DNA of 64,000 bases from the human T2T-CHM13v2.0 reference genome, Homo sapiens, in the NCBI RefSeq assembly GCF_009914755.1, contig NC_060948.1; one strand, 5' to 3'. Positions within the stretch are counted from its first letter, which is position 1. Each line of letters starts with the position of its first letter. The position numbers and the translations under genes are program-made. The notes under the pieces are model-generated. The model searched no databases. It was not told the DNA's origin and saw only the letters and a list, made by a program, of their open reading frames with translations. This document shows positions 1 to 14,099 of the stretch, piece after piece.

Positions 1-567
1 ATGTAATGGAATGCAAAAAAATGGAATCCAAAATCATTGACTGGAAAGGCTGGGTGTCGAAAGGAATTGACTCCAATGGAATGGAATCGAATGGAATGGA
101 AGTGAATAGAATCGAACTAAATCGAATGGAATGGAATTGATAGGAACGGAATGGAAAGGAATGCAATGATTTGGCATGGAATGGAATCGAATGGCATCGA
201 ATGGAATGGAATGGAATGCAATGGAATGGAATGTATTAGAATGTAATGAACTTTAATGGAATGTACTCGAATGGATTCGACTGGAATGGAATGTTGTGGA
301 AGTGAATGGACTCCAATGGAATGGATTCAAAAGGAATGGAATCGTACGGAATGGAATCTAATGGAATGGAATTAAATGGAAATGAATCAAATTGAATAGC
401 ACGGAATTGAATTGAATGGAATGGAATGCAATGGAATCTAATGAAACGGAAAGGAAAGGAATGGAATGGAATGGAATGGGCTGGAATGGAAAGGAATCGA
501 AACGAATGGAATGGAATCGAACTGAAGAGACTGGAATGGAATGCACTGGAATGGAAGGGAGTGTAAT

Positions 568-582
568 GGAAGGTTCTCGAAA
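568..582. promoter_or_regulatory. Candidate heat-shock element (gGAAg gTTCt cGAAa), one copy per full unit
   Basis: Exact GAAnnTTCnnGAA match; recurs at the same position of full units (e.g. ~4117, ~11225). Motif only, binding not shown. Confidence 0.5.
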
Positions 583-1593
583 GAAATGGAATCGAATGGA
601 ATGGAATTGAATGGAACGGAATAGAGTCGAATGGAATTGAATGGAATGGAATGGACTAGAGTGAAATGGAATCGAACCACAAGGAATGGACAGGAATAGA
701 ATGGTCTCGAATTGAATGGAATCGTATGGAATGGCATCAAACGGAATGGAATGGACAGCCACGGAATGGAATGCACTCGAATGCAATGGAGTCGAAACTA
801 ATGGACTGGAATAGAATGGACTCGACTGGTACGGACTCCAATGGAATGGAATCGAATGGAAGGGAATCGAACGGAATGGACTCGAAGGGAAAAGACTGCA
901 ATGGAAAGGTCTCGAATGGAATGGAAATTAATGGAATGGAATGGAATCGAATGAAAAGGAGTCAAAAGGAATGGAATCGAATGGCAAGAAATCGAATGTA
1001 ATGGAATCGCAAGGAATTGATGTGAACGGAACGGAATGGAATGGAATCCAAAGGAATGGAATAGAATGGAATGGAATCGAATGGAAAGGACTCGAATGGA
1101 AATCACTCGAATAGAATGCAATTTAATAAAATAGGATCAAATGTAATGGAATGGAATGGAAAGGAATCGAAACGAAAGGAATGGAGACAGATGGAATGGA
1201 ATGGAACAGAGAGCAATGGTATAGAATGGAATGGAATCATCTGGAATGGAATTGAATGGAATGGAATAATATGAAATGGAATGGAATGGAATGGAATGGA
1301 ATGCCCTTGAATTAAATGGACTGGAATGGAATGGACTCGAACAGAGTGGAATGGAAAGTGTTGAGATAGAATGGAATGGACTCCTTTGGAATGGTGTAGT
1401 ATGCAATGCAATCGACTGGCAGGGAATCAAAAGGAATGTAATGGAATGGATTGGACTGGAATGCAATGGACTCGAATAGATTGGAAACGGAATGCAAAGG
1501 AATGGAATGGAATAGTATGGAATGGAATGGAAAGGAATGGAGTGGAATAGACTAGAGTGGAATGGAATGGACTGGAAAGCAATGGACTGGAAT

Positions 1594-1608
1594 GGAACTT
1601 TCTTGAAT
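1594..1608. promoter_or_regulatory. Candidate heat-shock element (gGAAc tTTCt tGAAt), in full and short units
   Basis: Exact GAAnnTTCnnGAA match; third GAA mutated to GGA near 22922, 26465 and 48202. Confidence 0.5.
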
Positions 1609-3422
1609 GGACTGGAATCAAACGGAATGGAATGCAATGCAATCAAATGGCATGGAATAAAATAGAATGAAAGAGAATCAAATGGAATTGAATCGAATGG
1701 AATCGAATGGATTGGAAAGGAATAGAATGGAATGGAATGGAATGGACTAGAATGGAATGGATTCGAATGGAAGGCAAAGGAATGGAATCTATTGGAATGG
1801 ACTGTAATGGAATGGAATGGAAGGGATTGGAATGGACTCGAATGGAATGGACTGCAATAGAAAGGATTCGAATGGAATGAAAAAGAATTGAATGGAATAG
1901 AACAGAATGGAATCAAATCGAATGAAATGGAATGGAATAGAAAGGAATGGAATGAAATGGAATGGAAAGGATTCGAATGGAATGCAATCGAATGGAATGG
2001 AATCGAACGGAATGGAATAAAATGGAAGAAAACTGGCAAGAAATGGAATCGAAATGAATGGAGTGTTATGGAACGGACTCAAAAGGAATTGAATGTAATA
2101 GAATGGAGTGGAGTGGATTCGAATATAATGGACTGGAATGGAATGAAATCACATGGAATGGGAACGAATGGAATGGAATGGAAAGGAATGGAATCGAATG
2201 GAAAGGAATCGAATGGAAGGGAATGAAATTGAATCAACAGGAATGGAAGGGAATAGAATAGACGGTAATGGAATGGACTCGAATAGAATGGACACGAATG
2301 CTGAAATTGAATGGACTCGAGTGGAATGGAAACGAAAGGAATGTCATCGAATGGAATTGAATCGATTGGAATGAAATCGCATAGAATGGAGTGGAATCAA
2401 ATGGAATTGAATCGAAAGGAAAGGAAGCGAATGGACTGAAATGAAATGGAATGGAATTGAATGGAAAGTAATGCAATGGAATAGAATGGAACGAAATTTC
2501 ACGGAATGGAATCAAACTGAATGGAATCAAATCAATGGAATCAAATCAAATGGAATGGAAAGGAATTGAATGGAGTAGATTGGATTGGATGGGATTGGAA
2601 TGAAATGTACTGGAAAGGACTCGAATTTCATGAAACGGAATGGAATGAATTGGAACGGAATGGACTCGAATGGAATGGAATGTCATGGAATGGCATCAAA
2701 TGGAATGGCATCAAATGGAATGGAATCGAATGCAATGGAATGCTATGGAATGGAATGGAATGCATTGGAATGGAATGTCCTCTAATGGAATGGATTCGAG
2801 TGGAATGGAATCGAATATAATGGAGTCGAATGAAATGGAATTGAAAGGAATGGGATCGAATACAATGGAATATACTGGAATGTAATGTAATGAACTCGAA
2901 TGTAATTGACTGGAATGGAATGTACATGAATGGAATGTAATCGAATGGAAAGTAATCCAATGGAATAGAATCTAATGCAATAAAATCGACTCAGATAGAG
3001 TAGAATGTAATGGAATGGAGTGCAGTGCAATGGAATGGAATGGAATGGAATGCAATGGAATGGAATGGAATGGAATGGAATGGAATGGAATGGGATGGGT
3101 TGGAATGGTATGGAATGGATAGTAATGGACTGGAGTGAAATGGACTGGAAAGGAATGGACTCAAATTGAAAGGGCTCGAAAGGAATGGAGTCAAATGGAA
3201 TGGTCTGGAATGGAATGAACACGAATGTAATGCAATCCAATAGAATGGAATCGAATGGCATGGAATATAAAGAAATGGAATCTAAGAGAATGGAAAAAAA
3301 TGGAATGGAATTGAATGGAATGGAATTGAATGGAATGGGAACGAATGGAGTGAAATTTTATGCAGTAGAAAGGAATAGAATGGAATGCAAGCGAAAGGAA
3401 AGGAATGGATTGGAATGGAATG

Positions 3423-6400
3423 GAATTCATTGGAATGGAAGGGAATGTAGTGTAATGGACAGGCCTGGAATAAAGTGGAATGCTACGGTCTCGAATGGAA
3501 TAAAAATGTATGGAATGGAATGCAATGAAACGGAATCCAATGTCATAGAATGTAATGGAATGCAAAAAAATGGAATCCAAAATCATTGACTGGAAAGGCT
3601 GGGTGTCGAAAGGAATTGACTCCAATGGAATGGAATCGAATGGAATGGAAGTGAATAGAATCGAACTAAATCGAATGGAATGGAATTGATAGGAACGGAA
3701 TGGAAAGGAATGCAATGATTTGGCATGGAATGGAATCGAATGGCATCGAATGGAATGGAATGGAATGCAATGGAATGGAATGTATTAGAATGTAATGAAC
3801 TTTAATGGAATGTACTCGAATGGATTCGACTGGAATGGAATGTTCCGGAAGTGAATGGACTCCAATGGAATGGATTCCAAAGGAATGGAATCGTACGGAA
3901 TGGAATCTAATGGAATGGAATTAAATGGAAATGAATCAAATTGAATAGCACGGAATTGAATTGAATGGAATCGAATGCAATGGAATCTAATGAAACGGAA
4001 AGGAAAGGAATGGAATGGAACGGAATGGGCTGGAATGGAAAGGAATCGAAACGAATGGAATGGAATCGAACTGAAGAGACTGGAATGGAATGCACTGGAA
4101 TGGAAGGGAGTGTAATGGAAGGTTCTCGAAAAAAATGGAATCGAATGGAATGGAATTGAATGGAACGGAATAGAGTCGAATGGAATTGAATGGAATGGAA
4201 TGGACTAGAGTGAAATGGAATCGAACCACAAGGAATGGACAGGAATAGAATGGTCTCGAATTGAATGGAATCGTATGGAATGACATCAAACGGAATGGAA
4301 TGGACAGCCACGGAATGGAATGCACTCGAATGCAATGGAGTCGAAACTAATGGACTGGAATAGAATGGACTCGACTGGTACGGACTCCAATGGAATGGAA
4401 TCGAATGGAAGGGAATCGAACGGAATGGACTCGAAGGGAAAAGACTGCAATGGAAAGGTCTCGAATGGAATGGAAATTAATGGAATGGAATGGAATCGAA
4501 TGAAATGGAGTTAAAAGGAATGGAATCGAATGGCAAGAAATCGAATGTAATGGAATCGCAAGGAATTGATGTGAACGGAACGGAATGGAATGGAATCCAA
4601 AGGAATGGAATAGAATGGAATGGAATCGAATGGAAAGGACTCGAATGGAAATCACTCGAATAGAATGCAATTTAATAAAATAGGATCAAATGTAATGGAA
4701 TGGAATGGAAAGGAATCGAAACGAAAGGAATGGAGACAGATGGAACGGAATGGAACAGAGAGCAATGGTATAGAATGGAATGGAATCATGTGGAATGGAA
4801 TTGAATGGAATGGAATAATATGAAATGGAATGGAATGGAATGCCATTGAATTAAATGGACTGGAATGGAATGGACTCGAACAGAGTGGAATGGAAAGTGT
4901 TGAGATAGAATGGAATGGACTCCTTTGGAATGGTGTAGTATGCAATGCAATCGACTGGCAGGGAATCAAAAGGAATGTAATGGAATGGATTGGACTGGAA
5001 TGCAATGGACTCGAATAGATTGGAAACGGAATGCAAAGGAATGGAATGGAATAGTATGGAATGGAATGGAAAGGAATGGAGTGGAATAGACTAGAGTGGA
5101 ATGGAATGGACTGGAAAGCAATGGACTGGAATGGAACTTTCTTGAATGGACTGGAATCAAACGGAATGGAATGCAATGCAATCAAATGGCATGGAATAAA
5201 ATAGAATGAAAGAGAATCAAATGGAATTGAATCGAATGGAATCGAATGGATTGGAAAGGAATAGAATGGAATGGAATGGAATGGACTAGAATGGAATGGA
5301 TTCGAATGGAAGGCAAAGGAATGGAATCTATTGGAATGGACTGTAATGGAATGGAATGGAAGGGATTGGAATGGACTCGAATGGAATGGACTGCAATAGA
5401 AAGGATTCGAATGGAATGAAAAAGAATTGAATGGAATAGAACAGAATGGAATCAAATCGAATGAAATGGAATGGAATAGAAAGGAATGGAATGAAATGGA
5501 ATGGAAAGGATTCGAATGGAATGCAATCGAATGGAATGGAATCGAACGGAATGGAATAAAATGGAAGAAAACTGGCAAGAAATGGAATCGAAATGAATGG
5601 AGTGTTATGGAACGGACTCAAAAGGAATTGAATGTAATAGAATGGAGTGGAGTGGATTCGAATATAATGGACTGGAATGGAATGAAATCACATGGAATGG
5701 GAACGAATGGAATGGAATGGAAAGGAATGGAATCGAATGGAAAGGAATCGAATGGAAGGGAATGAAATTGAATCAACAGGAATGGAAGGGAATAGAATAG
5801 ACGGTAATGGAATGGACTCGAATAGAATGGACACGAATGCTGAAATTGAATGGACTCGAGTGGAATGGAAACGAAAGGAATGTCATCGAATGGAATTGAA
5901 TCGATTGGAATGAAATCGCATAGAATGGAGTGGAATCAAATGGAATTGAATCGAAAGGAAAGGAAGCGAATGGACTGAAATGAAATGGAATGGAATTGAA
6001 TGGAAAGTAATGCAATGGAATAGAATGGAACGAAATTTCACGGAATGGAATCAAACTGAATGGAATCAAATCAATGGAATCAAATCAAATGGAATGGAAA
6101 GGAATTGAATGGAGTAGATTGGATTGGATGGGATTGGAATGAAATGTACTGGAAAGGACTCGAATTTCATGAAACGGAATGGAATGAATTGGAACGGAAT
6201 GGACTCGAATGGAATGGAATGTCATGGAATGGCATCAAATGGAATGGCATCAAATGGAATGGAATCGAATGCAATGGAATGCTATGGAATGGAATGGAAT
6301 GCATTGGAATGGAATGTCCTCTAATGGAATGGATTCGAGTGGAATGGAATCGAATATAATGGAGTCGAATGAAATGGAATTGAAAGGAATGGGATCGAAT

Positions 6401-6966
6401 ACAATGGAATATACTGGAATGTAATGTAATGAACTCGAATGTAATTGACTGGAATGGAATGTACATGAATGGAATGTAATCGAATGGAAAGTAATCCAAT
6501 GGAATAGAATCTAATGCAATAAAATCGACTGAGATAGAGTAGAATGTAATGGAATGGAGTGCAGTGCAATGGAAGGGAATGGAATGGAATGCAATGGAAT
6601 GGAATGGAATGGAATGGAATGGAATGGAATGGAATGGAATGGGATGGAATGGTATGGAATGGATAGTAATGGACTGGAGTGAAATGGACTGGAAAGGAAT
6701 GGACTCAAATTGAAAGGGCTCGAAAGGAATGGAGTCAAATGGAATGGTCTGGAATGGAATGAACACGAATGTAATGCAATCCAATAGAATGGAATCGAAT
6801 GGCATGGAATATAAAGAAATGGAATCGAAGAGAATGGAAACAAATGGAATGGAATTGAATGGAATGGAATTGAATGGAATGGGAACGAATGGAGTGAAAT
6901 TGTATGCAGTAGAAGGGAATAGAATGGAATGCAAGCGAAAGGAAAGGAATGGATTGGAATGGAATG
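3423..6966 (+). repeat. DYZ1 full unit, 3544 bp
   Basis: EcoRI 3423 to EcoRI 6967; StuI/HaeIII AGGCCT at 3461. Confidence 0.9.
3837..3851. promoter_or_regulatory. Candidate heat-shock element (consensus gGAAt gTTCt gGAAg), one copy per full unit
   Basis: Exact GAAnnTTCnnGAA match here and at 7381-7395 etc.; broken near 294 (TTG) and 63145 (AAA). Confidence 0.5.
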
Positions 6967-9900
6967 GAATTCATTGGAATGGAAGGGAATGTAGTGTAAT
7001 GGACAGGCCTGGAATAAAGTGGAATGCTACGGTCTCGAATGGAATAAAAATGTATGGAATGGAATGCAATGAAACGGAATCGAATGTCATAGAATGTAAT
7101 GGAATGCAAAAAAATGGAATCCAAAATCATTGACTGGAAAGGCTGGGTGTCGAAAGGAATTGACTCCAATGGAATGGAATCGAATGGAATGGAAGTGAAT
7201 AGAATCGAACTAAATCGAATGGAATGGAATTGATAGGAACGGAATGGAAAGGAATGCAATGATTTGGCATGGAATGGAATCGAATGGCATCGAATGGAAT
7301 GGAATGGAATGCAATGGAATGGAATGTATTAGAATGTAATGAACTTTAATGGAATGTACTCGAATGGATTCGACTGGAATGGAATGTTCTGGAAGTGAAT
7401 GGACTCCAACGGAATGGATTCCAAAGGAATGGAATCGTACGGAATGGAATCTAATGGAATGGAATTAAATGGAAATGAATCAAATTGAATAGCACGGAAT
7501 TGAATTGAATGGAATGGAATGCAATGGAATCTAATGAAACGGAAAGGAAAGGAATGGAATGGAATGGAATGGACTGGAATGGAAAGGAATCGAAACGAAT
7601 GGAATGGAATCGAACTGAAGAGACTGGAATGGCATGCACAGGAATGGAAGGGAGTGTAACGGAATGTTCTCGAAAAAAATGGAATCGAATGGAATGGAAT
7701 TGAATGGAACGGAATAGAGTCGAATGGAATTGAATGGAATGGAATGGACTAGAGTGAAATGGAATCGAACCACAAGGAATGGACATGAATAGAATGGTCT
7801 CGAATTGAATGGAATCGTATGGAATGGCATCAAACGGAATGGAATGGACAGCCACGGAATGGAATGCACTCGAATGCAATGGAGTCGAAACTAATGGACT
7901 GGAATAGAATGGACTCGACTGGTACGGACTCCAATGGAATGGAATCGAATGGAAGGGAATCGAACGGAATGGACTCGAAGGGAAATGACTGCAATGGAAA
8001 GGTCTCGAATGGAATGGAAATTAATGGAATGGAATGGAATCGAATGAAATGGAGTCAAAAGGAATGGAATCGAATGGCAAGAAATCGAATGTAATGGAAT
8101 CACAAGGAATTGATGTGAACGGAACGGAATGGAATGGAATCCAAAGGAATGGAATAGAATGGAATGGAATCGAATGGAAAGGACTCGAATGGAAATCACT
8201 CGAATAGAATGCAATTTAATAAAATAGGATCAAATGTAATGGAATGGAATGGAAAGGAATCGAAACGAAAGGAATGGAGACAGATGGAATGGAATGGAAC
8301 AGAGAGCAATGGTATAGAATGGAATGGAATCATCTGGAATGGAATTGAATGGAATGGAATAATATGAAATGGAATGGAATGGAATGGAATGGAATGCCCT
8401 TGAATTAAATGGACTGGAATGGAATGGACTCGAACAGAGTGGAATGGAAAGTGTTGAGATAGAATGGAATGGACTCCTTTGGAATTGTCTAGTATGCAAT
8501 GCAATCGACTGGCAGGGAATCAAAAGGAATGTAATCGAATGGATTGGACTGGAATGCAATGGACTCGAATAGATTGGAAACGGAATGCAAAGGAATGGAA
8601 TGGAATAGTATGGAATGGAATGGAAAGGAATGGAGTGGAATAGACTAGAGTGGAATGGAATGGACTGGAAAGAAATGGACTGGAATGGAACTTTCTTGAA
8701 TGGACTGGAATCAAACGGAATGGAATGCAATGCAATCAAATGGCATGGAATAAAATAGAATGAAAGAGAATCAAATGGAATTGAATCGAATGGAATCGAA
8801 TGGATTGGAAAGGAATAGAATGGAATGGAATGGAATTGACTCAAATGGAATGGACTAGAATGGAATGGATTCGAATGGAAGGCAAAGGAATGGAATCTAT
8901 TGGAATGGACTGTAATGGAATGGAATGGAAGGGATTGGAATGGACTCGAATGGAATGGACTGCAATAGAAAGGATTCGAAAGGAATGAAAAAGAATTGAA
9001 TAGAATAGAACAGAATGGAATCAAATCGAATGAAATGGAATGGAATAGAAAGGAATGGAATGAAATGGAATGGAAAGGATTCGAATGGAATGCAATCGAA
9101 TGGAATGGAATCGAACGGAATGGAATAAAATGGAAGAAAACTGGCAAGAAATGGAATCGAAATGAATGGAGTGTTATGGAACGGACTCAAAAGGAATTGA
9201 ATGTAATAGAATGGAGTGGAGTGGACTCGAATATAATGGACTGGAATGGAATGAAATCACATGCAATGGGAACGAATGGAAAGGAATGGAATCGAATGGA
9301 AAGGAATCGAATGGAAGGGAATGAAATTGAATCAACAGGAATGGAAGGGAATAGAATAGACGGTAATGGAATGGACTCGAATAGAATGGACACGAATGCT
9401 CAAATTGAATGGACTCGAATGGAATGGAAACGAAAGGAATGTCATCGAATGGAATTGAATCGATTGGAATGAAATCGCATAGAATGGAGTGGAATCAAAT
9501 GGAATTGAATCGAAAGGAAAGGAAGCGAATGGACTGAAATGAAATGGAATGGAATTGAATGGAAAGTAATGCAATGGAATAGAATGGAACGAAATTTCAA
9601 GGAATGGAATCAAACTGAATGGAATCAAATCAATGGAATCAAATCAAATGGAATGGAAAGGAATTGAATGGAGTAGATTGGATTGGATGGGATTGGAATG
9701 AAATGTACTGGAAAGGACTCGAATTTCATGAAACGGAATGGAATGAATTGGAACGGAATGGACTCGAATGGAATGGAATGTCATGGAATGGCATCAAATG
9801 GAATGGCATCAAATGGAATGGAATCGAATGCAATGGAATGCTATGGAATGGAATGGAATGCATTGGAATGGAATGTCCCCTAATGGAATGGATTCGAGTG

Positions 9901-10530
9901 GAATGGAATCGAATATAATGGAGTCGAATGAAATGGAATTGAAAGGAATGGGATCGAATACAATGGAATATACTGGAATGTAATGTAATGAACTCGAATG
10001 TAATTGACTGGAATGGAATGTACATGAATGGAATGTAATCGAATGGAAAGTAATCCAATGGAATAGAATCTAATGCAATAAAACCGACTCAGACAGAGTA
10101 GAATGTAATGGAATGGAGTGCAGTGCAATGGAAGGGAATGGAATTGAACGCAATGGAATGGAATGGAATGGAATGGAATGGAATGGAATGGAATGGAATG
10201 GAATGGGATGGAATGGTATGGAATGGATAGTAATGGACTGGAGTGAAATGGACTGGAAAGGAATGGACTCAAATTGAAAGGGCTCGAAAGGAATGGAGTC
10301 AAATGGAATGGTCTGGAATGGAATGAACACGAATGTAATGCAATCCAATAGAATGGAATCGAATGGCATGGAATATAAAGAAAAGGAATCGAAGAGAATG
10401 GAAACAAATGGAATGGAATTGAGTGGAATGGAATTGAATGGAATGGGAACGAATGGAATGAAATTGTATGCAGTAGAAGGGAATAGAATGGAATGCAAGC
10501 GAAAGGAAAGGAATGGATTGGAATGGAATG
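6967..10530 (+). repeat. DYZ1 full unit, 3564 bp
   Basis: EcoRI 6967 to 10531. Confidence 0.9.
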
Positions 10531-13500
10531 GAATTCATTGGAATGGAAGGGAATGTAGTGTAATGGACAGGCCTGGAATAAAGTGGAATGCTACGGTCTC
10601 GAATGGAATAAAAATGTATGGAATGGAATGCAATGAAACGGAATCGAATGTCATAGAATGTAATGGAATGCAAAAAAATGGAATCCAAAATCATTGACTG
10701 GAAAGGCTGGGTGTCGAAAGGAATTGACTCCAATGGAATGGAATCGAATGGAATGGAAGTGAATAGAATCGAACTAAATCGAATGGAATGGAATTGATAG
10801 GAACGGAATGGAAAGGAATGCAATGATTTGGCATGGAATGGAATCGAATGGCATCGAATGGAATGGAATGGAATGCAATGGAATGGAATGTATTAGAATG
10901 GAATGAACTTTAATGGAATGTACTCGAATGGATTCGACTGGAATGGAATGTTCTGGAAGTGAATGGACTCCAATGGAATGGATTCAAAAGGAATGGAATC
11001 GTACGGAATGGAATCTAATGGAATGGAATTAAATGGAAATGAATCAAATTGAATAGCACGGAATTGAATTGAATGGAATGGAATGCAATGGAATCTAATG
11101 AAACGGAAAGGAAAGGAATGGAATGGAATGGAATGGGCTGGAATGGAAAGGAATCGAAACGAATGGAATGGAATCGAACTGAAGAGACTGGAATGGAATG
11201 CACTGGAATGGAAGGGAGTGTAATGGAAGGTTCTCGAAAAAAATGGAATCGAATGGAATGGAATTGAATGGAACGGAATAGAGTCGAATGGAATTGAATG
11301 GAATGGAATGGACTAGAGTGAAATGGAATCGAACCACAAGGAATGGACAGGAATAGAATGGTCTCGAATTGAATGGAATCGTATGGAATGGCATCAAACG
11401 GAATGGAATGGACAGCCACGGAATGGAATGCACTCGAATGCAATGGAGTCGAAACTAATGGACTGGAATAGAATGGACTCGACTGGTACGGACTCCAATG
11501 GAATGGAATCGAATGGAAGGGAATCGAACGGAATGGACTCGAAGGGAAAAGACTGCAATGGAAAGGTCTCGAATGGAATGGAAATTAATGGAATGGAATG
11601 GAATCGAATGAAATGGAGTCAAAAGGAATGGAATCGAATGGCAAGAAATCGAATGTAATGGAATCGCAAGGAATTGATGTGAACGGAACGGAATGGAATG
11701 GAATCCAAAGGAATGGAATAGAATGGAATGGAATCGAATGGAAAGGACTCGAATGGAAATCACTCGAATAGAATGCAATTTAATAAAATAGGATCAAATG
11801 TAATGGAATGGAATGGAAAGGAATCGAAACGAAAGGAATGGAGACAGATGGAATGGAATGGAACAGAGAGCAATGGTATAGAATGGAATGGAATCATCTG
11901 GAATGGAATTGAATGGAATGGAATAATATGAAATGGAATGGAATGGAATGGAATGGAATGGAATGCCCTTGAATTAAATGGACTGGAATGGAATGGACTC
12001 GAACAGAGTGGAATGGAAAGTGTTGAGATAGAATGGAATGGACTCCTTTGGAATGGTGTAGTATGCAATGCAATCGACTGGCAGGGAATCAAAAGGAATG
12101 TAATGGAATGGATTGGACTGGAATGCAATGGACTCGAATAGATTGGAAACGGAATGCAAAGGAATGGAATGGAATAGTATGGAATGGAATGGAAAGGAAT
12201 GGAGTGGAATAGACTAGAGTGGAATGGAATGGACTGGAAAGCAATGGACTGGAATGGAACTTTCTTGAATGGACTGGAATCAAACGGAATGGAATGCAAT
12301 ACAATCAAATGGCATGGAATAAAATAGAATGAAAGAGAATCAAATGGAATTGAATCGAATGGAATCGAATGGATTGGAAAGGAATAGAATGGAATGGAAT
12401 GGAATTGACTCAAATGGAATGGACTAGAATGGAATGGATTCGAATGGAAGGCAAAGGAATGGAATCTATTGGAATGGACTGTAATGGAATGGAATGGAAG
12501 GGATTGGAATGGACTCGAATGGAATGGACTGCAATAGAAAGGATTCGAATGGAATGAAAAAGAATTGAATGGAATAGAACAGAATGGAATGAAATCGAAT
12601 GAAATGGAATGGAATAGAAAGGAATGGAATGAAATGGAATGGAAAGGATTCGAATGGAATGCAATCGAATGGAATGGAATCGAACGGAATGGAATAAAAT
12701 GGAAGAAAACTGGCAAGAAATGGAATCGAAATGAATGGAGTGTTATGGAACGGACTCAAAAGGAATTGAATGTAATAGAATGGAGTGGAGTGGACTCGAA
12801 TATAATGGACTGGAATGGAATGAAATCACATGGAATGGGAACGAATGGAATGGAATGGAAAGGAATGGAATCGAATGGAAAGGAATCGAATGGAAGGGAA
12901 TGAAATTGAATCAACAGGAATGGAAGGGAATAGAATAGACGGTAATGGAATGGACTCGAATAGAATGGACACGAATGCTCAAATTGAATGGACTCGAATG
13001 GAATGGAAACGAAAGGAATGTCATCGAATGGAATTGAATCGATTGGAATGAAATCGCATAGAATGGAGTGGAATCAAATGGAATTGAATCGAAAGGAAAG
13101 GAAGCGAATGGACTGAAATGAAATGGAATGGAATTGAATGGAAAGTAATGCAATGGAATAGAATGGAACGAAATTTCACGGAATGGAATCAAACTGAATG
13201 GAATCAAATCAATGGAATCTAATCAAATGGAATGGAAAGGAATTGAATGGAGTAGATTGGATTGGATGGGATTGGAATGAAATGTACTGGAAAGGACTCG
13301 AATTTCATGAAACGGAATGGAATGAATTGGAACGGAATGGACTCGAATGGAATGGAATGTCATGGAATGGCATCAAATGGAATGGCATCAAATGGAATGG
13401 AATCGAATGCAATGGAATGCTATGGAATGGAATGGAATGCATTGGAATGGAATGTCCTCTAATGGAATGGATTCGAGTGGAATGGAATCGAATATAATGG

Positions 13501-14099
13501 AGTCGAATGAAATGGAATTGAAAGGAATGGGATCGAATACAATGGAATATAATGGAATGTAATGTAATGAACTGGAATGTAATTCACTGGAATGGAATGT
13601 ACATGAATGGAATGTAATCGAATGGAAAGTAATCCAATGGAATAGAATCTAATGCAATAAAATCGACTCAGATAGAGTAGCATGTAATGGAATGGAGTGC
13701 AGTGCAATGGAATGGAATGGAATGGAATGCAATGGAATGGAATGGAATGGAATGGAATGGAATGGAATGGGATGGGATGGAATGGTATGGAATGGATAGT
13801 AATGGACTGGAGTGAAATGGACTGGAAAGGAATGGACTCAAATTGAAAGGGCTCGAAAGGAATGGAGTCAAATGGAATGGTCTGGAATGGAATGAACACG
13901 AATGTAATGCAATCCAATAGAATGGAATCGAATGGCATGGAATATAAAGAAATGGAATCGGAGAGAATGGAAACAAATGGAATGGAATTGAATGGAATGG
14001 AATTGAATGGAATGGGAACGAATGGAGTGAAATTGTATGCAGTAGAAGGGAATAGAATGGAATGCAAGCAAAAGGAAAGGAATGGATTGGAATGGAATG
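10531..14099 (+). repeat. DYZ1 full unit, 3569 bp
   Basis: EcoRI 10531 to 14100. Confidence 0.9.

Larger units (their letters stand above)
1..3422 (+). repeat. DYZ1 unit truncated by the window start
   Basis: Runs to the first conserved EcoRI site (GAATTC at 3423); landmarks in standard order. Confidence 0.9.

Noticed and set aside
1635-1646. DUX4-like motif (CAATGCAATCA; also GAATCTAATCA ~13215)
   Set aside because: Mismatches the required TAAY start; DUX4 binding is established for HSATII, not supported here.
2490-2636. Further HSE-like sites GAAatTTCacGGA and GAAtTTCatGAA
   Set aside because: Only two correctly spaced units each; not counted as full elements.
1124-3505. Several AATAAA hexamers per unit on the + strand (~1125, 1655, 2015, 2979, 3469, 3499)
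   Set aside because: Easily derived from GGAATGG by G>A changes; no downstream GU/U-rich element or transcript evidence here.
1-3549. Possible ancestral ~1.8-kb half-unit inside the 3.55-kb unit
   Set aside because: Short similar motifs occur at inconsistent offsets; would need autocorrelation of variant pentamers to support.
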